Shown: positions 20,092 through 30,093 of the stretch, piece by piece
How the letters are laid out: each line of letters starts with the position of its first letter
How positions within the stretch are numbered: position 1 is the stretch's first letter
From: Pyrinomonadaceae bacterium
GTDB taxonomy: Bacteria; Acidobacteriota; Blastocatellia; Pyrinomonadales; Pyrinomonadaceae
Length of the DNA stretch: 64,000 nt
Assembly: GCA_046313635.1 (NCBI GenBank)
Contig: JBKBYA010000013.1
Coordinates: forward strand, 1-64,000
Direction: 5' to 3'
Translations under genes and position numbers: made by a program
The notes under the pieces: model-generated
Databases searched by the model: none
The model's input: only the letters and a program-made list of their open reading frames with translations
What the model was told of the DNA's origin: nothing

Positions 20092-20747
20092 CGATCTGCC
20101 GGAGCGGCCGGCTGCGCGGGGGCAGCCGGTGCGGTCTGGTTTCTCCGCATTGCGTTCGGGTCGCCGATGTCGGGCGCCTGACGTGATGACGGGTCGGCCT
20201 GGAAGAACGGCTCTTCTTTGAATCCGAGCAGACCGGCCGTGAGCACCGCCGGGAAAGAATTTCTCGTCGTGTTGTAATCGGTCACCGCCGCGTTGTAATC
20301 GTCACGAGCGACCTTGATACGGTTCTCGGTGCCGGCCAGCTCGGTTTGCACGTTCATGAACGCCTCGGTCGAACGCAGCTGCGGATACGATTCCTGCAGG
20401 CTCAGTAGTCGGCCGAGAGTGCCGCCAAAACTGTTGTTTGCCTCGATGATCGCCTGGACCTGCTCGGGCGACCGTCCGCCTTCGGCCGCCGGCGGGGCTG
20501 ACGTCGCGTTCAGCAGCCGTGAACGGGCCTCGGCGATCTGGCCAAAGACCTCCTGCTCCTGCACGCCTGCCATCTGCGCCGCCTTGACGAGATTGGGCAC
20601 GAGATCGGCACGCCTCTGCAGTGCGCTCTCGACGTTGGCCCAGGCGCCGCGCACCTTCTGCTGCTTGGCCGTCAATTCGTTGTAACTGCAGCCGCTCAGG
20701 CCAAAGGCCGCAAGCATTACGATCGTTAACAAAAGAACTTTTTTCAT
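20088..20747 (-). CDS. lemA: LemA family lipoprotein
   Basis: Lipobox LSGC; QRRADLVPNLV, ESYPQL, ELAGTENRI, YN..R..FP. Confidence 0.92.
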   Translation of the reverse strand: MKKVLLLTIVMLAAFGLSGCSYNELTAKQQKVRGAWANVESALQRRADLVPNLVKAAQMAGVQEQEVFGQIAEARSRLLNATSAPPAAEGGRSPEQVQAIIEANNSFGGTLGRLLSLQESYPQLRSTEAFMNVQTELAGTENRIKVARDDYNAAVTDYNTTRNSFPAVLTAGLLGFKEEPFFQADPSSRQAPDIGDPNAMRRNQTAPAAPAQPAAPADR

Positions 20748-20821
20748 AGCTTCACTCCTCTAAAGACTCCAAACAGATATCGTATCCAAAACCAAGTAAC
20801 GAACGGGAGCAACTTACGGGA

Positions 20822-21547
20822 TCAAGCGGCGTCGAGACGGTCGACAGCGTCGATGACCGCCTCGATCTGCGTCATATATTCGCCAAACAATTCGTTTGCC
20901 TCAGACTCGGTCATTCGGTGATCGAGATTGTCGCCGCGGACGTTAAAGATCTTTTCAAATACCGTACCGTCGAGACCGAGCCGTTCGACGGCGAGGGCCA
21001 CGACCTCGTGCTTTTTTACCGGCGGCCGCAGACCGTGCAGCAGCAGCACCGCGCGAAACAGTGTCGCAAAGCTCGCGAGACTGTCGGCCATCAGATCCTG
21101 AAGTCCCTCGACAGACGCCGATGCCGGGATGTACTGCCGCCGGAGCAGCAGCAGCTTGCTCCGAAGCTCATACTCGGTCTGGTGTCGCAGGTTTGCGTCG
21201 GTGAGTTTGATGTCGGCAAGCAGGTCCGGGCCGTAGAGCACGCGACGCGCAGCCTCGATCTGGCGAAACTCGATCGGGAAGACATCGGCCGCATTCTCGA
21301 GCTCGGACGCGGTGAAATAGATCGGCACCGGATGGCCGAGCTTCGCCCATTCGCGGACGGCGGCGTGAGCGTTTCTCAGATCGCTCGGCCCTATCTGCCG
21401 CAGCACGACCAGCAGATTCTGCTCCGACGGCAGGCCGCCGTCGTCGCCCGCCGCGGCGGCCCCGTATAGGACGACCGAAACGAGGTTGCTGCCGTGCGTC
21501 GCCCGCAGATCTTCGATGAATGCCTGGTACTGTTGTCTCATCGTCAT
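20822..21547 (-). CDS. Nucleotidyltransferase-fold protein of the LemA/TPM operon
   Basis: SVVLYGAAAAGD, NLLVVL, DVFPIEF. Confidence 0.7.
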   Translation of the reverse strand: MTMRQQYQAFIEDLRATHGSNLVSVVLYGAAAAGDDGGLPSEQNLLVVLRQIGPSDLRNAHAAVREWAKLGHPVPIYFTASELENAADVFPIEFRQIEAARRVLYGPDLLADIKLTDANLRHQTEYELRSKLLLLRRQYIPASASVEGLQDLMADSLASFATLFRAVLLLHGLRPPVKKHEVVALAVERLGLDGTVFEKIFNVRGDNLDHRMTESEANELFGEYMTQIEAVIDAVDRLDAA

Positions 21548-21604
21548 CTCGTTCTAGTTGTGATCGTGATGTTCACCACCTGCCTGTCCACGGATCACCG
21601 TCAA

Positions 21605-22519
21605 TTACCAGCTTCCGCCCGAGCCGCCGCCGCCGAAATCGCCTCCGCCGCCAAAGCCGCCAAAGCCTCCTCCTCCACCGCCGAAGCCGCCGCCGAAGCC
21701 TCCCCAATCGCTCGACGATCCGCCGCGCGACGAGGCCGCGTTCGCGATCATCGAGCCGATGATCCACGGAAGCACGTCGCCGCCGCCTCCGCCGCCCCAG
21801 CCCCCGCGTCCGCCGCGGCCGCCGCGCGACGACAGCATCACGATCAGGAGCAAGATCCCGATGCCGATGAAGCAGATCAGCCCGGAGCCGCTGCTGCGGA
21901 TGCGAGCAGGCGTGCCGCTGCGGGGCGTCGGAGTCGGTGTCGCCGATGCGATGCCGCCGCGGCGCTCGTTGATCGTTCGGATGTAGGCGTCGACAGTGTC
22001 GGCGATGCCTTTAGCGTAATTGCCTTTGCGGAACTCAGGCACGAGGTACTGCCGCTGAATGCTGCCGGCGAGCGCGTCAGGCAGCTCGTCCTCGAGATCG
22101 CGGCTGATCTGCGTGAAATACTTCCGGTCGTCGATCGCGACCAGAAGCAAAGCACTCGGGTTGTCGTCCTCTTGTGAACCGATCTTCCAGCCCCGGGCAA
22201 CGGCAAGCGAATAATCGAAGATGTCGCGTTCGCCGGTCGTTCGAACCACGACGACGGCGATCTCGGTCGAGGGCGAAGAGGTGTCGCGAAAATTCTTCAG
22301 CTTCTCTTCGAGCTGCTGTTTGGTCGCGGCGTCGATCACGCCGGCGAAGTCATTGACGAATCCGGTCGGTGCGGGCAGCGGGGAAGTGTTGATCGAGAAG
22401 TCCTGCGAGCCTGACTGTTCGCCCTGCGCCAAAACGGCGATGCCCGCGGCGATCATCACGATCGACGCGAGCACACAAGCACGCAGCTTCACCGGGGCAG
22501 ACATTCTAAACATCGGCAA
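21605..22519 (-). CDS. TPM domain protein (YgcG-like) with Gly-rich tail
   Basis: FVNDFAGVID, EIAVVVV, WKIG, LPDA, TM helix, GGGDFGGGGSGGSW. Confidence 0.9.
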   Translation of the reverse strand: MPMFRMSAPVKLRACVLASIVMIAAGIAVLAQGEQSGSQDFSINTSPLPAPTGFVNDFAGVIDAATKQQLEEKLKNFRDTSSPSTEIAVVVVRTTGERDIFDYSLAVARGWKIGSQEDDNPSALLLVAIDDRKYFTQISRDLEDELPDALAGSIQRQYLVPEFRKGNYAKGIADTVDAYIRTINERRGGIASATPTPTPRSGTPARIRSSGSGLICFIGIGILLLIVMLSSRGGRGGRGGWGGGGGGDVLPWIIGSMIANAASSRGGSSSDWGGFGGGFGGGGGGFGGFGGGGDFGGGGSGGSW

Positions 22520-22579
22520 TAAAATAATTTTGCCAGATATGGGTTGAATACGAAAGAAATGGTCCGGGCGTTCCGCGAG

Positions 22580-24382
<1,803 letters not shown>

Positions 24383-24388
24383 CGGTAG

Positions 24389-24468
24389 AAAGGATAAAGG
24401 ATGAAGGATGAAGGATAAAGGGAAGAGCGGCGATCGTGCGGCCGCGGTCCCTGATCCTTCATCCTTTA
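24389..24468. repeat. Inverted heptamer arrays (AAGGATG / CATCCTT)
   Basis: AAGGATA AAGGATG AAGGATG AAGGATA ... GATCCTT CATCCTT. Confidence 0.8.
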
Positions 24469-24478
24469 AGAAACTGGT

Positions 24479-24577
24479 GGCTTCAGACTTACCCGCAACA
24501 CAGGCTGAAATCGCTACCGTTGCTCGATTCCTCGCCTAGCGGATTCACGACTCAAACCTTGTGCGGAGCCTGAAGCC
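24479..24577 (-). ncRNA. ffs: Signal recognition particle RNA (4.5S, small type)
   Basis: Terminal stem GGCTTCAG/CTGAAGCC; domain IV TAGG-CGA-GGAA-TCG-AGCA; sits upstream of dnaX as is common. Confidence 0.85.
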
Positions 24578-24584
24578 GTATGTG

Positions 24585-24664
24585 AATTTTGGATTTTAGA
24601 TTTTGGATTGTCGAAAAACGGTCGCTTACTTCAATCCGAAATCCGAAATCTAAAATCCAAAATC
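24585..24664. repeat. Inverted heptamer arrays (ATTTTGG / CCAAAAT, CCGAAAT)
   Basis: 3 forward and 4 reverse units forming a long stem between tRNA-Ser and ffs. Confidence 0.85.
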
Positions 24665-24668
24665 GATC

Positions 24669-24759
24669 TGGCGGAAAGGGTGGGATTCGAACCCACGGTA
24701 CCCTTTTGAGGTACACAGCATTTCCAGTGCTGCCAGTTCAACCACTCCTGCACCTTTCC
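24669..24759 (-). tRNA. tRNA-Ser(GGA)
   Basis: GGAAAGGTGCAGGAGTGG...CAGCA CTGGAAA TGCTG; long variable arm; GGTTCGAATCC; CCA end. Confidence 0.96.
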
Positions 24760-24768
24760 GGGAATTAA

Positions 24769-24836
24769 AAATTCCAAATTTCAAATTCCAAATTTAGGCT
24801 TGCCTCGATCAATCTGGAATTTGGAATTTGGAATCC
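24769..24836. repeat. Inverted heptamer arrays (AAATTCC / GGAATTT)
   Basis: AAATTCC AAATTTC AAATTCC ... GGAATTT GGAATTT GGAATCC. Confidence 0.85.
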
Positions 24837-24847
24837 TTAATCGATCG

Positions 24848-24938
<91 letters not shown>

Positions 24939-24994
24939 GCGCGAAGTGTTAATTCTAAGTGCCGCCTTCGGAATGCGCAAGTCACGATCAAAAA

Positions 24995-25159
24995 GTCAGA
25001 ACCGCCCCGCGTAAGCGGGCGGGTCGAACCATCGGCGACTTATTTGTCGGGGAAATACGCGAGAGATCGCGAAAGCAAATTGGGCGAAAGAGCCCGCCCG
25101 CTTGCGCGGGTGGTTCTGACGGGCAAAAGAGCCCGCCCGCTTACGCGGGTGGTTCTGAC
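24995..25159. repeat. REP-like cluster: three copies of about 28 bp (GTCAGAACC..CCGCGTAAGCGGGCGGG)
   Basis: One forward copy at 24995 and two reverse copies at about 25093 and 25132; each has an internal palindrome. Confidence 0.8.
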
Positions 25160-25620
25160 CGGCGTCTTGCTCTGAAAAACTCCTGCATCAGCGAGCGGCA
25201 TTCTTCCTGCAGCACTCCGCCGCGGATCTCAAAGCGGTGATTCAACAGTTCGCTCGTTCCGATGCCGAAATGCGTGACCAGTCCGCCAAAGCGCTCGTCG
25301 GCAGCGCCGTAAACCACGCGTGCGACCCGCGCACCGACGAGAGCACCGGCGCACATTACGCACGGTTCGATGGTCGTGTAGAGCGTTGTGCCGGTGAGGC
25401 GATAGTTGCCGAGCTTGCGCGCGGCCTCGCGCAGGGCGAGGACCTCGGCGTGGGCGGTCGGGTCGCTCTCGGCGATCGTACGATTCGAGGCCGATGCGAG
25501 CAACTCACCATTCTCGTCGACAACGCACGCTCCGACGGGCACCTCGTCGAGGTCGCGAGCCTCGCGTGCGCGTGCGAGGGCCTCGCGCATCCAGATCTCG
25601 TCTTCGATCGTCTCGTGCAT
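25141..25620 (-). CDS. tadA: tRNA adenosine(34) deaminase
   Basis: EVPVGA, DPTAHAE, TIEPCVMCAGA, FFRARR. Confidence 0.93.
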   Translation of the reverse strand: MHETIEDEIWMREALARAREARDLDEVPVGACVVDENGELLASASNRTIAESDPTAHAEVLALREAARKLGNYRLTGTTLYTTIEPCVMCAGALVGARVARVVYGAADERFGGLVTHFGIGTSELLNHRFEIRGGVLQEECRSLMQEFFRARRRSEPPA

Positions 25621-25627
25621 CGGTCTG

Positions 25628-25656
25628 ATTGTAACTCGCCGCCTTGCCCGCTCCAA
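25628..25656 (-). promoter_or_regulatory. Sigma70-type promoter, probably leaderless, for the tadA-tRNA-ffs-dnaX cluster
   Basis: TTGGAG-N17-TACAAT, 7 nt before the ATG; no SD. Confidence 0.5.
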
Positions 25657-25765
25657 CGACGAGAACATTCGCGAATTCCTTGCATCTAAAGGCCTAGAAT
25701 GTAAAATGGCGAGTGGCGGGCGGCAGCCCTGCGGAGCTGCCCGCCGTTCTTTGGACCCTATCATT

Positions 25766-26686
25766 ATGAAAGACGAGGTCAGACTCGGTTCCCCCTCGGT
25801 CGGCCAGGCGGTCGACGACGATATTCACACAACAAACGTGCCCGAGGCATTCCGTTCTTTTGCCGAGGAGGTCCGCCGCCGAAATCAAAAGGCCAAGTCC
25901 ACCCCGCTTACCATTGCGCAAAAGCTGCAGCCCGCCGAATTCAATACCGCGATGGTCCACTTCTACCGCGGCGAGGTGCAGAGGTCAAACACCTGGCGCA
26001 ACCGCCTCGATACAACGACCAACTGGGCCGTGATCACGGCGGGCGCGACGCTGTCGTTCGTTTTCAGCTCGCCGGGAAATCCGCATTTCGCCATTCCGAT
26101 CAACACGCTTTTGGTGGCCACCTTCCTGATGATGGAGGCGCGGCGCTACCGGTACTACGAGGTCTGGGCCAACCGTGTGCGCGTTGTCGAGACCGGCTAC
26201 TTTGCGCCGATGCTGTCGCAGCGCACGGTGCCGCCCGATCAGGAATGGGCCGAGCACATCTCTGCCGATCTGGTCTCGCCGCACTTCACGATCAGCGAGT
26301 GGGAGGCGGTCGGCCGGCGTCTGCGGGCGAATTATCTCTGGATATTCCTGCTGCTCTCGCTGAGCTGGATGCTGAAGCTGTACATCCATCCCGAGCCGGC
26401 GGCGGACGTCGCGGAGTTTGTTCAGCGCGCAAAGATCGGGCTGCTCCCGGGCCCGGTCGTCTTTGCCGGCCTGATCGGATTCAATATGGCGATGTTCTTT
26501 ATCGCGATGACGACGCGCAAGCTCAATCAGTCCTCGAGCGAGGTGCTCCCGATGGCCGACTTTGAATGGCATCCTTTCAAGCAGGTCTCGGACTGGGCCG
26601 AGAGCAGCCTCAAACGACGCAGCACCATCCGCCGCTCAAAAAAGGCCCGCAACCGCCTGCGGGCGATCCACAAGACAGAGGCGTGA
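25766..26686 (+). CDS. DUF2270 family membrane protein
   Basis: HFYRGEVQRSNTWRNRLDTTTNWAV, EARRYRYY, RRLRANY. Confidence 0.85.
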   Translation: MKDEVRLGSPSVGQAVDDDIHTTNVPEAFRSFAEEVRRRNQKAKSTPLTIAQKLQPAEFNTAMVHFYRGEVQRSNTWRNRLDTTTNWAVITAGATLSFVFSSPGNPHFAIPINTLLVATFLMMEARRYRYYEVWANRVRVVETGYFAPMLSQRTVPPDQEWAEHISADLVSPHFTISEWEAVGRRLRANYLWIFLLLSLSWMLKLYIHPEPAADVAEFVQRAKIGLLPGPVVFAGLIGFNMAMFFIAMTTRKLNQSSSEVLPMADFEWHPFKQVSDWAESSLKRRSTIRRSKKARNRLRAIHKTEA

Positions 26687-26818
26687 CGGCCCTTCAAGCT
26701 CCGACGCCCGACACCGCGAGCAGAACGACGCCGGTTGTCGGGCATTCGACTTTGTATCGCGCGTGCTGATATTTTTTTTGCTGACCGAAAGATCTTTTTT
26801 GACAAGGAGAACCGACAA

Positions 26819-27109
26819 ATGCCGATCGAACTGGAAGACCGCGGGCAGGCGCTCGAGAACGAGTACTTTCGCCGCAAAGAGCAGGAACTGATCCAAAAAA
26901 TGAAGCAGAAGCTCGAGGCCGAGTCGACGCGCAGCCTCGAGATAAAGTGCCCAAAGTGTGACGGCACGCTGCACGAGACCGACTTTGACGGCGTCAAGAT
27001 CGACGTCTGCGGCGGCTGCTCGGGCGTCTGGCTCGACGCGGGCGAGCTGGCGCAGATCGCCGGCAAGGACGAGAAGGGATCGGGCTGGTTTGGGCGATTC
27101 TTTTCGTAG
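26819..27109 (+). CDS. zf-TFIIB zinc-ribbon protein with N-terminal charged helix
   Basis: AAGGAG RBS; CPKC...IDVCGGCSGVWLDAGEL. Confidence 0.85.
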   Translation: MPIELEDRGQALENEYFRRKEQELIQKMKQKLEAESTRSLEIKCPKCDGTLHETDFDGVKIDVCGGCSGVWLDAGELAQIAGKDEKGSGWFGRFFS

Positions 27110-27130
27110 AGCGCCGAGACCTGGATCGAA

Positions 27131-27598
27131 ATGAAAAGCCGATATCTGCACGCGTCGATCGTGATAGCCGCAACCTTTGTGTTGACGGCAGCCGCACTCG
27201 CGCAGCAAAAGACGGTCGTCAGCGACAAGGCCGCGGCCGCGATGCTGCTCGGCCGGCACCGGCTGTCGCTGCAGTGGGTGAGCTGGGACCGCTTCGGCAC
27301 GGCGACGGTGACCGATCGCGGCGGTGTCTATTTGCTCAAGGGCGAGCAGCGCGGACGCGGCCCGTCGCGCGGCGATCACTTGACGATCGACGGGCGGATC
27401 ACGTCGATCTCGGCGAGAGAATTCAAGTTCGCCGGCAAGATCGTGACGCGTGTCAGCCATATCAACCGCGGCGAGCCGTGCGTGCGCGAGGGCGAATTCA
27501 CGTTTCGCATCACCGGCAAGCGGCGGTACTGGCGTCTGCAGGAAATGGACAATCCGTGCGACGAGGCGACGGATTACGTGGACATTTACTTTAGATAG
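27131..27598 (+). CDS. Exported hypothetical protein
   Basis: Signal peptide; LQW, YWRLQEMDNPC, DYVDIYF. Confidence 0.7.
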   Translation: MKSRYLHASIVIAATFVLTAAALAQQKTVVSDKAAAAMLLGRHRLSLQWVSWDRFGTATVTDRGGVYLLKGEQRGRGPSRGDHLTIDGRITSISAREFKFAGKIVTRVSHINRGEPCVREGEFTFRITGKRRYWRLQEMDNPCDEATDYVDIYFR

Positions 27599-27631
27599 TT
27601 CGAGCGGGCCCGGCCCGCTCTTTGAGTTTTT

Positions 27632-28903
27632 ATGAAGACACTACTGGCGATCATCCTTACGCTCACGTGCTCGGCATTCGCTTTTTCGCAGACCGATCAG
27701 GCAAAGCGCGTCGCCGAGATCCAGGCCGCGCTGCAAAAGGCGAAACTCGACGGCTGGCTCTTTTACGATTTTCGCGGCAGCGACATTTTGATCCCGCGGA
27801 TACTGCGCTCCGAGCGTATGAGCGGCTCGCGCCGCTGGTATTACTACGTCCCGGCGAGGGGCGAGCCGACCAAGGTCGTTCACGCGATCGAGCCCGAAAG
27901 GCTCGACGCGCTGCCGGGCAAAAAGCTTATCTATCGCGAGTGGCAGCTGATCAATTCAAATCTGAAGCAGGCGATCTTCGGCACCGCGAAGGGCAAGACG
28001 ACCGCCCGCCGGCCGCGCGTCGCGATGCAGTACTCGCCAAACAACGACATCCCGTACATCTCGCGGGTGGACGCGGGCACGGTCGAGATGGTCCGCTCGC
28101 TCGGCGTCGACGTCGTCACGAGCGCCGATCTCGTTCAGCAGTTTGAGGCGGTCTGGACGCCCGAGCAGCTCGCGATGCACAACGAGGCCGCGGCGAAGAT
28201 GCAGAAGATAATTCTCGAGACGTTTGCCGAGATCAAGCGGCGGATCAGCGACGATGTGCCGACAACCGAGATCGACATTCAGCAGTTCATGATGAAGCGC
28301 TACGGCGAGGTCGGCATGCAGCCGTCGCCGATGATCGTTGCCGTGAACGCAAACGCCGCCTCGCCGCATTACTTTCCGACAAAGGAGCGCAACTCGCCGA
28401 TCCGCCGCGGCGACCTCGTGCTGATCGACACGGTCAGCAAACTCGCCAAGCCAAAAGCTCCGGCCGTCGATATGACCTGGGTCGGCTACGTCGGCGAGAC
28501 CGTGCCGGAGGAATACACGCGGATCTGGAACATCGTCTATGAAGCGCAGCAGGCGGCGTTTAATTTTGTGCGCGATTCGTTTCGCGCCGGTAAGCCGATC
28601 CGCGGGGCCGACGTTGACGACGTCGCCCGCGGCATCATCCGCCGGGCCGGCTACGCGGACCGGTTCCTGCACCGCACCGGCCACTCGATCGGCGAAGAAG
28701 GTCACGGCAACGGCGCCAATATCGACAATCTCGAGACGCGCGACACGAGGATACTAATTCCCGGAACGGCATTCTCGATCGAGCCGGGGATCTATCTCGA
28801 GGGCAAATTCGGCATCCGCTCGGAGATCGACGTGTACGTCAGCGACCGCGATGCCGTCATCACCGCGCCGCACCAGACCGAGATCATCGCGATAATGAAA
28901 TAG
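27632..28903 (+). CDS. M24 family metallopeptidase (Xaa-Pro peptidase-like), exported
   Basis: PHY, LID, DMTW, HRTGHSIG, SIEPGIY, IRSE. Confidence 0.9.
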   Translation: MKTLLAIILTLTCSAFAFSQTDQAKRVAEIQAALQKAKLDGWLFYDFRGSDILIPRILRSERMSGSRRWYYYVPARGEPTKVVHAIEPERLDALPGKKLIYREWQLINSNLKQAIFGTAKGKTTARRPRVAMQYSPNNDIPYISRVDAGTVEMVRSLGVDVVTSADLVQQFEAVWTPEQLAMHNEAAAKMQKIILETFAEIKRRISDDVPTTEIDIQQFMMKRYGEVGMQPSPMIVAVNANAASPHYFPTKERNSPIRRGDLVLIDTVSKLAKPKAPAVDMTWVGYVGETVPEEYTRIWNIVYEAQQAAFNFVRDSFRAGKPIRGADVDDVARGIIRRAGYADRFLHRTGHSIGEEGHGNGANIDNLETRDTRILIPGTAFSIEPGIYLEGKFGIRSEIDVYVSDRDAVITAPHQTEIIAIMK

Positions 28904-29322
28904 CTGTCAGCGGTCAGCTTTCAGCGTTCGGCAGCGGATTGCTATGAAAGACTTTAGGAAGTTAGCCGTTTGGCAGAAGTCCCATGAATTAGCTTTGGCG
29001 GTCTACTCGGTCACCGGCACTTTTCCGAGAGAAGAGATGTTTGGACTGACAAGCCAATTGAGACGTGCAACAGCGTCGATTCCTGCAAATATCGCGGAAG
29101 GTTGCGGTAAAGCGACGGATTCGGACTTTGCGCGTTTCCTTCAGATCGCGTTTGGTTCGGCGTGCGAAGTTGAATATCACTTAATCCTATCGCGGGATCT
29201 GCGGTACATCGGCGGAGAGAAATACGAGGAATTAAACACTGGCCTCGTCGAGATAAAGAGAATGCTCGCGTCGCTGATTTCCACGGTCAGGGCTGAACGC
29301 TGACCGCTGAAGGCTGAGAGCT
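28902..29322. mobile_element. Cassette: four-helix-bundle gene enclosed by inverted heptamer arms
   Basis: Left arm 28902-28932 AGCTGTCAGCGGTCAGCTTTCAGCGTTCGGC; right arm 29292-29322 reverse-complements to AGCTCTCAGCCTTCAGCGGTCAGCGTTCAGC. Mobility is inferred. Confidence 0.55.
28944..29303 (+). CDS. Four-helix-bundle protein (23S rRNA IVP / TIGR02436-like)
   Basis: FRKLAVWQKS, FPREEMFGLTSQLRRA..SIPANIAEG, FLQIAFGS..E; visibly more AT-rich than the flanks. Confidence 0.93.
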   Translation: MKDFRKLAVWQKSHELALAVYSVTGTFPREEMFGLTSQLRRATASIPANIAEGCGKATDSDFARFLQIAFGSACEVEYHLILSRDLRYIGGEKYEELNTGLVEIKRMLASLISTVRAER

Positions 29323-29328
29323 TACACT

Positions 29329-30093
29329 ATGCTTAATTTTGCAGTCGAGACTGCCAGGGCCGCGGGCGGCCTGCTTCTGGAAAAGTTTGGCCGCATCACG
29401 GCCGTCACTAAAAAGGGCGACATCAATCTTGTCACCGAGGCTGATCTCGCCTCTGAGGCGTTGATCATCGAGCGGATCAAATCGCACTTTCCGCGGCACT
29501 CGATCCTGGCAGAGGAATCGGGCGAGGCCGTCGTGGTCGGCGGCGACTCGCGTTGGAAGTGGATCATAGACCCGCTCGACGGGACGACCAATTTCGCGCA
29601 CGGCTACCCGTGCTTTTGCGTCACGCTCGCGCTCGAGCACGACGGCGAGGTCGTGATCGGGGTGACGTACGACCCGACCCGAAACGAGCTCTTCACGGCC
29701 GAGCGCGGTCAGGGAGCGAGCCTCAACTTCAAACCGATCCACGTCTCGACGACGCCGAAGCTGAGCGAATCGCTGGTGGTCACGGGCTTCCCGTACGACT
29801 TCAAATCCCGAGAGAATTTTGCGCGGCATTTGACCGAGTTCATGCTCGGCTCTCGCGGCGTGCGGCGTGACGGCTCGGCGGCGATCGATATGGCGTATGT
29901 GGCGTGCGGCCGTTTTGACGGCTTTTGGGAAGAAGGCCTGAATCCGTGGGACGTCGCCGCCGGCGTGCTGATGATCGAGGAGGCCGGCGGCCGCGTCAGT
30001 AATTACGACGGTTCAAGGCTGAGCATCTACAAGCCCCCGATCTGCGCTTCGAACGGGCTTATACACGACGAGATGATCCGCATCCTCGCCTAG
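29329..30093 (+). CDS. suhB: Inositol monophosphatase family protein
   Basis: LVTEAD, WIIDPLDGTTNF, GSAAID, PWDVAAG. Confidence 0.92.
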   Translation: MLNFAVETARAAGGLLLEKFGRITAVTKKGDINLVTEADLASEALIIERIKSHFPRHSILAEESGEAVVVGGDSRWKWIIDPLDGTTNFAHGYPCFCVTLALEHDGEVVIGVTYDPTRNELFTAERGQGASLNFKPIHVSTTPKLSESLVVTGFPYDFKSRENFARHLTEFMLGSRGVRRDGSAAIDMAYVACGRFDGFWEEGLNPWDVAAGVLMIEEAGGRVSNYDGSRLSIYKPPICASNGLIHDEMIRILA

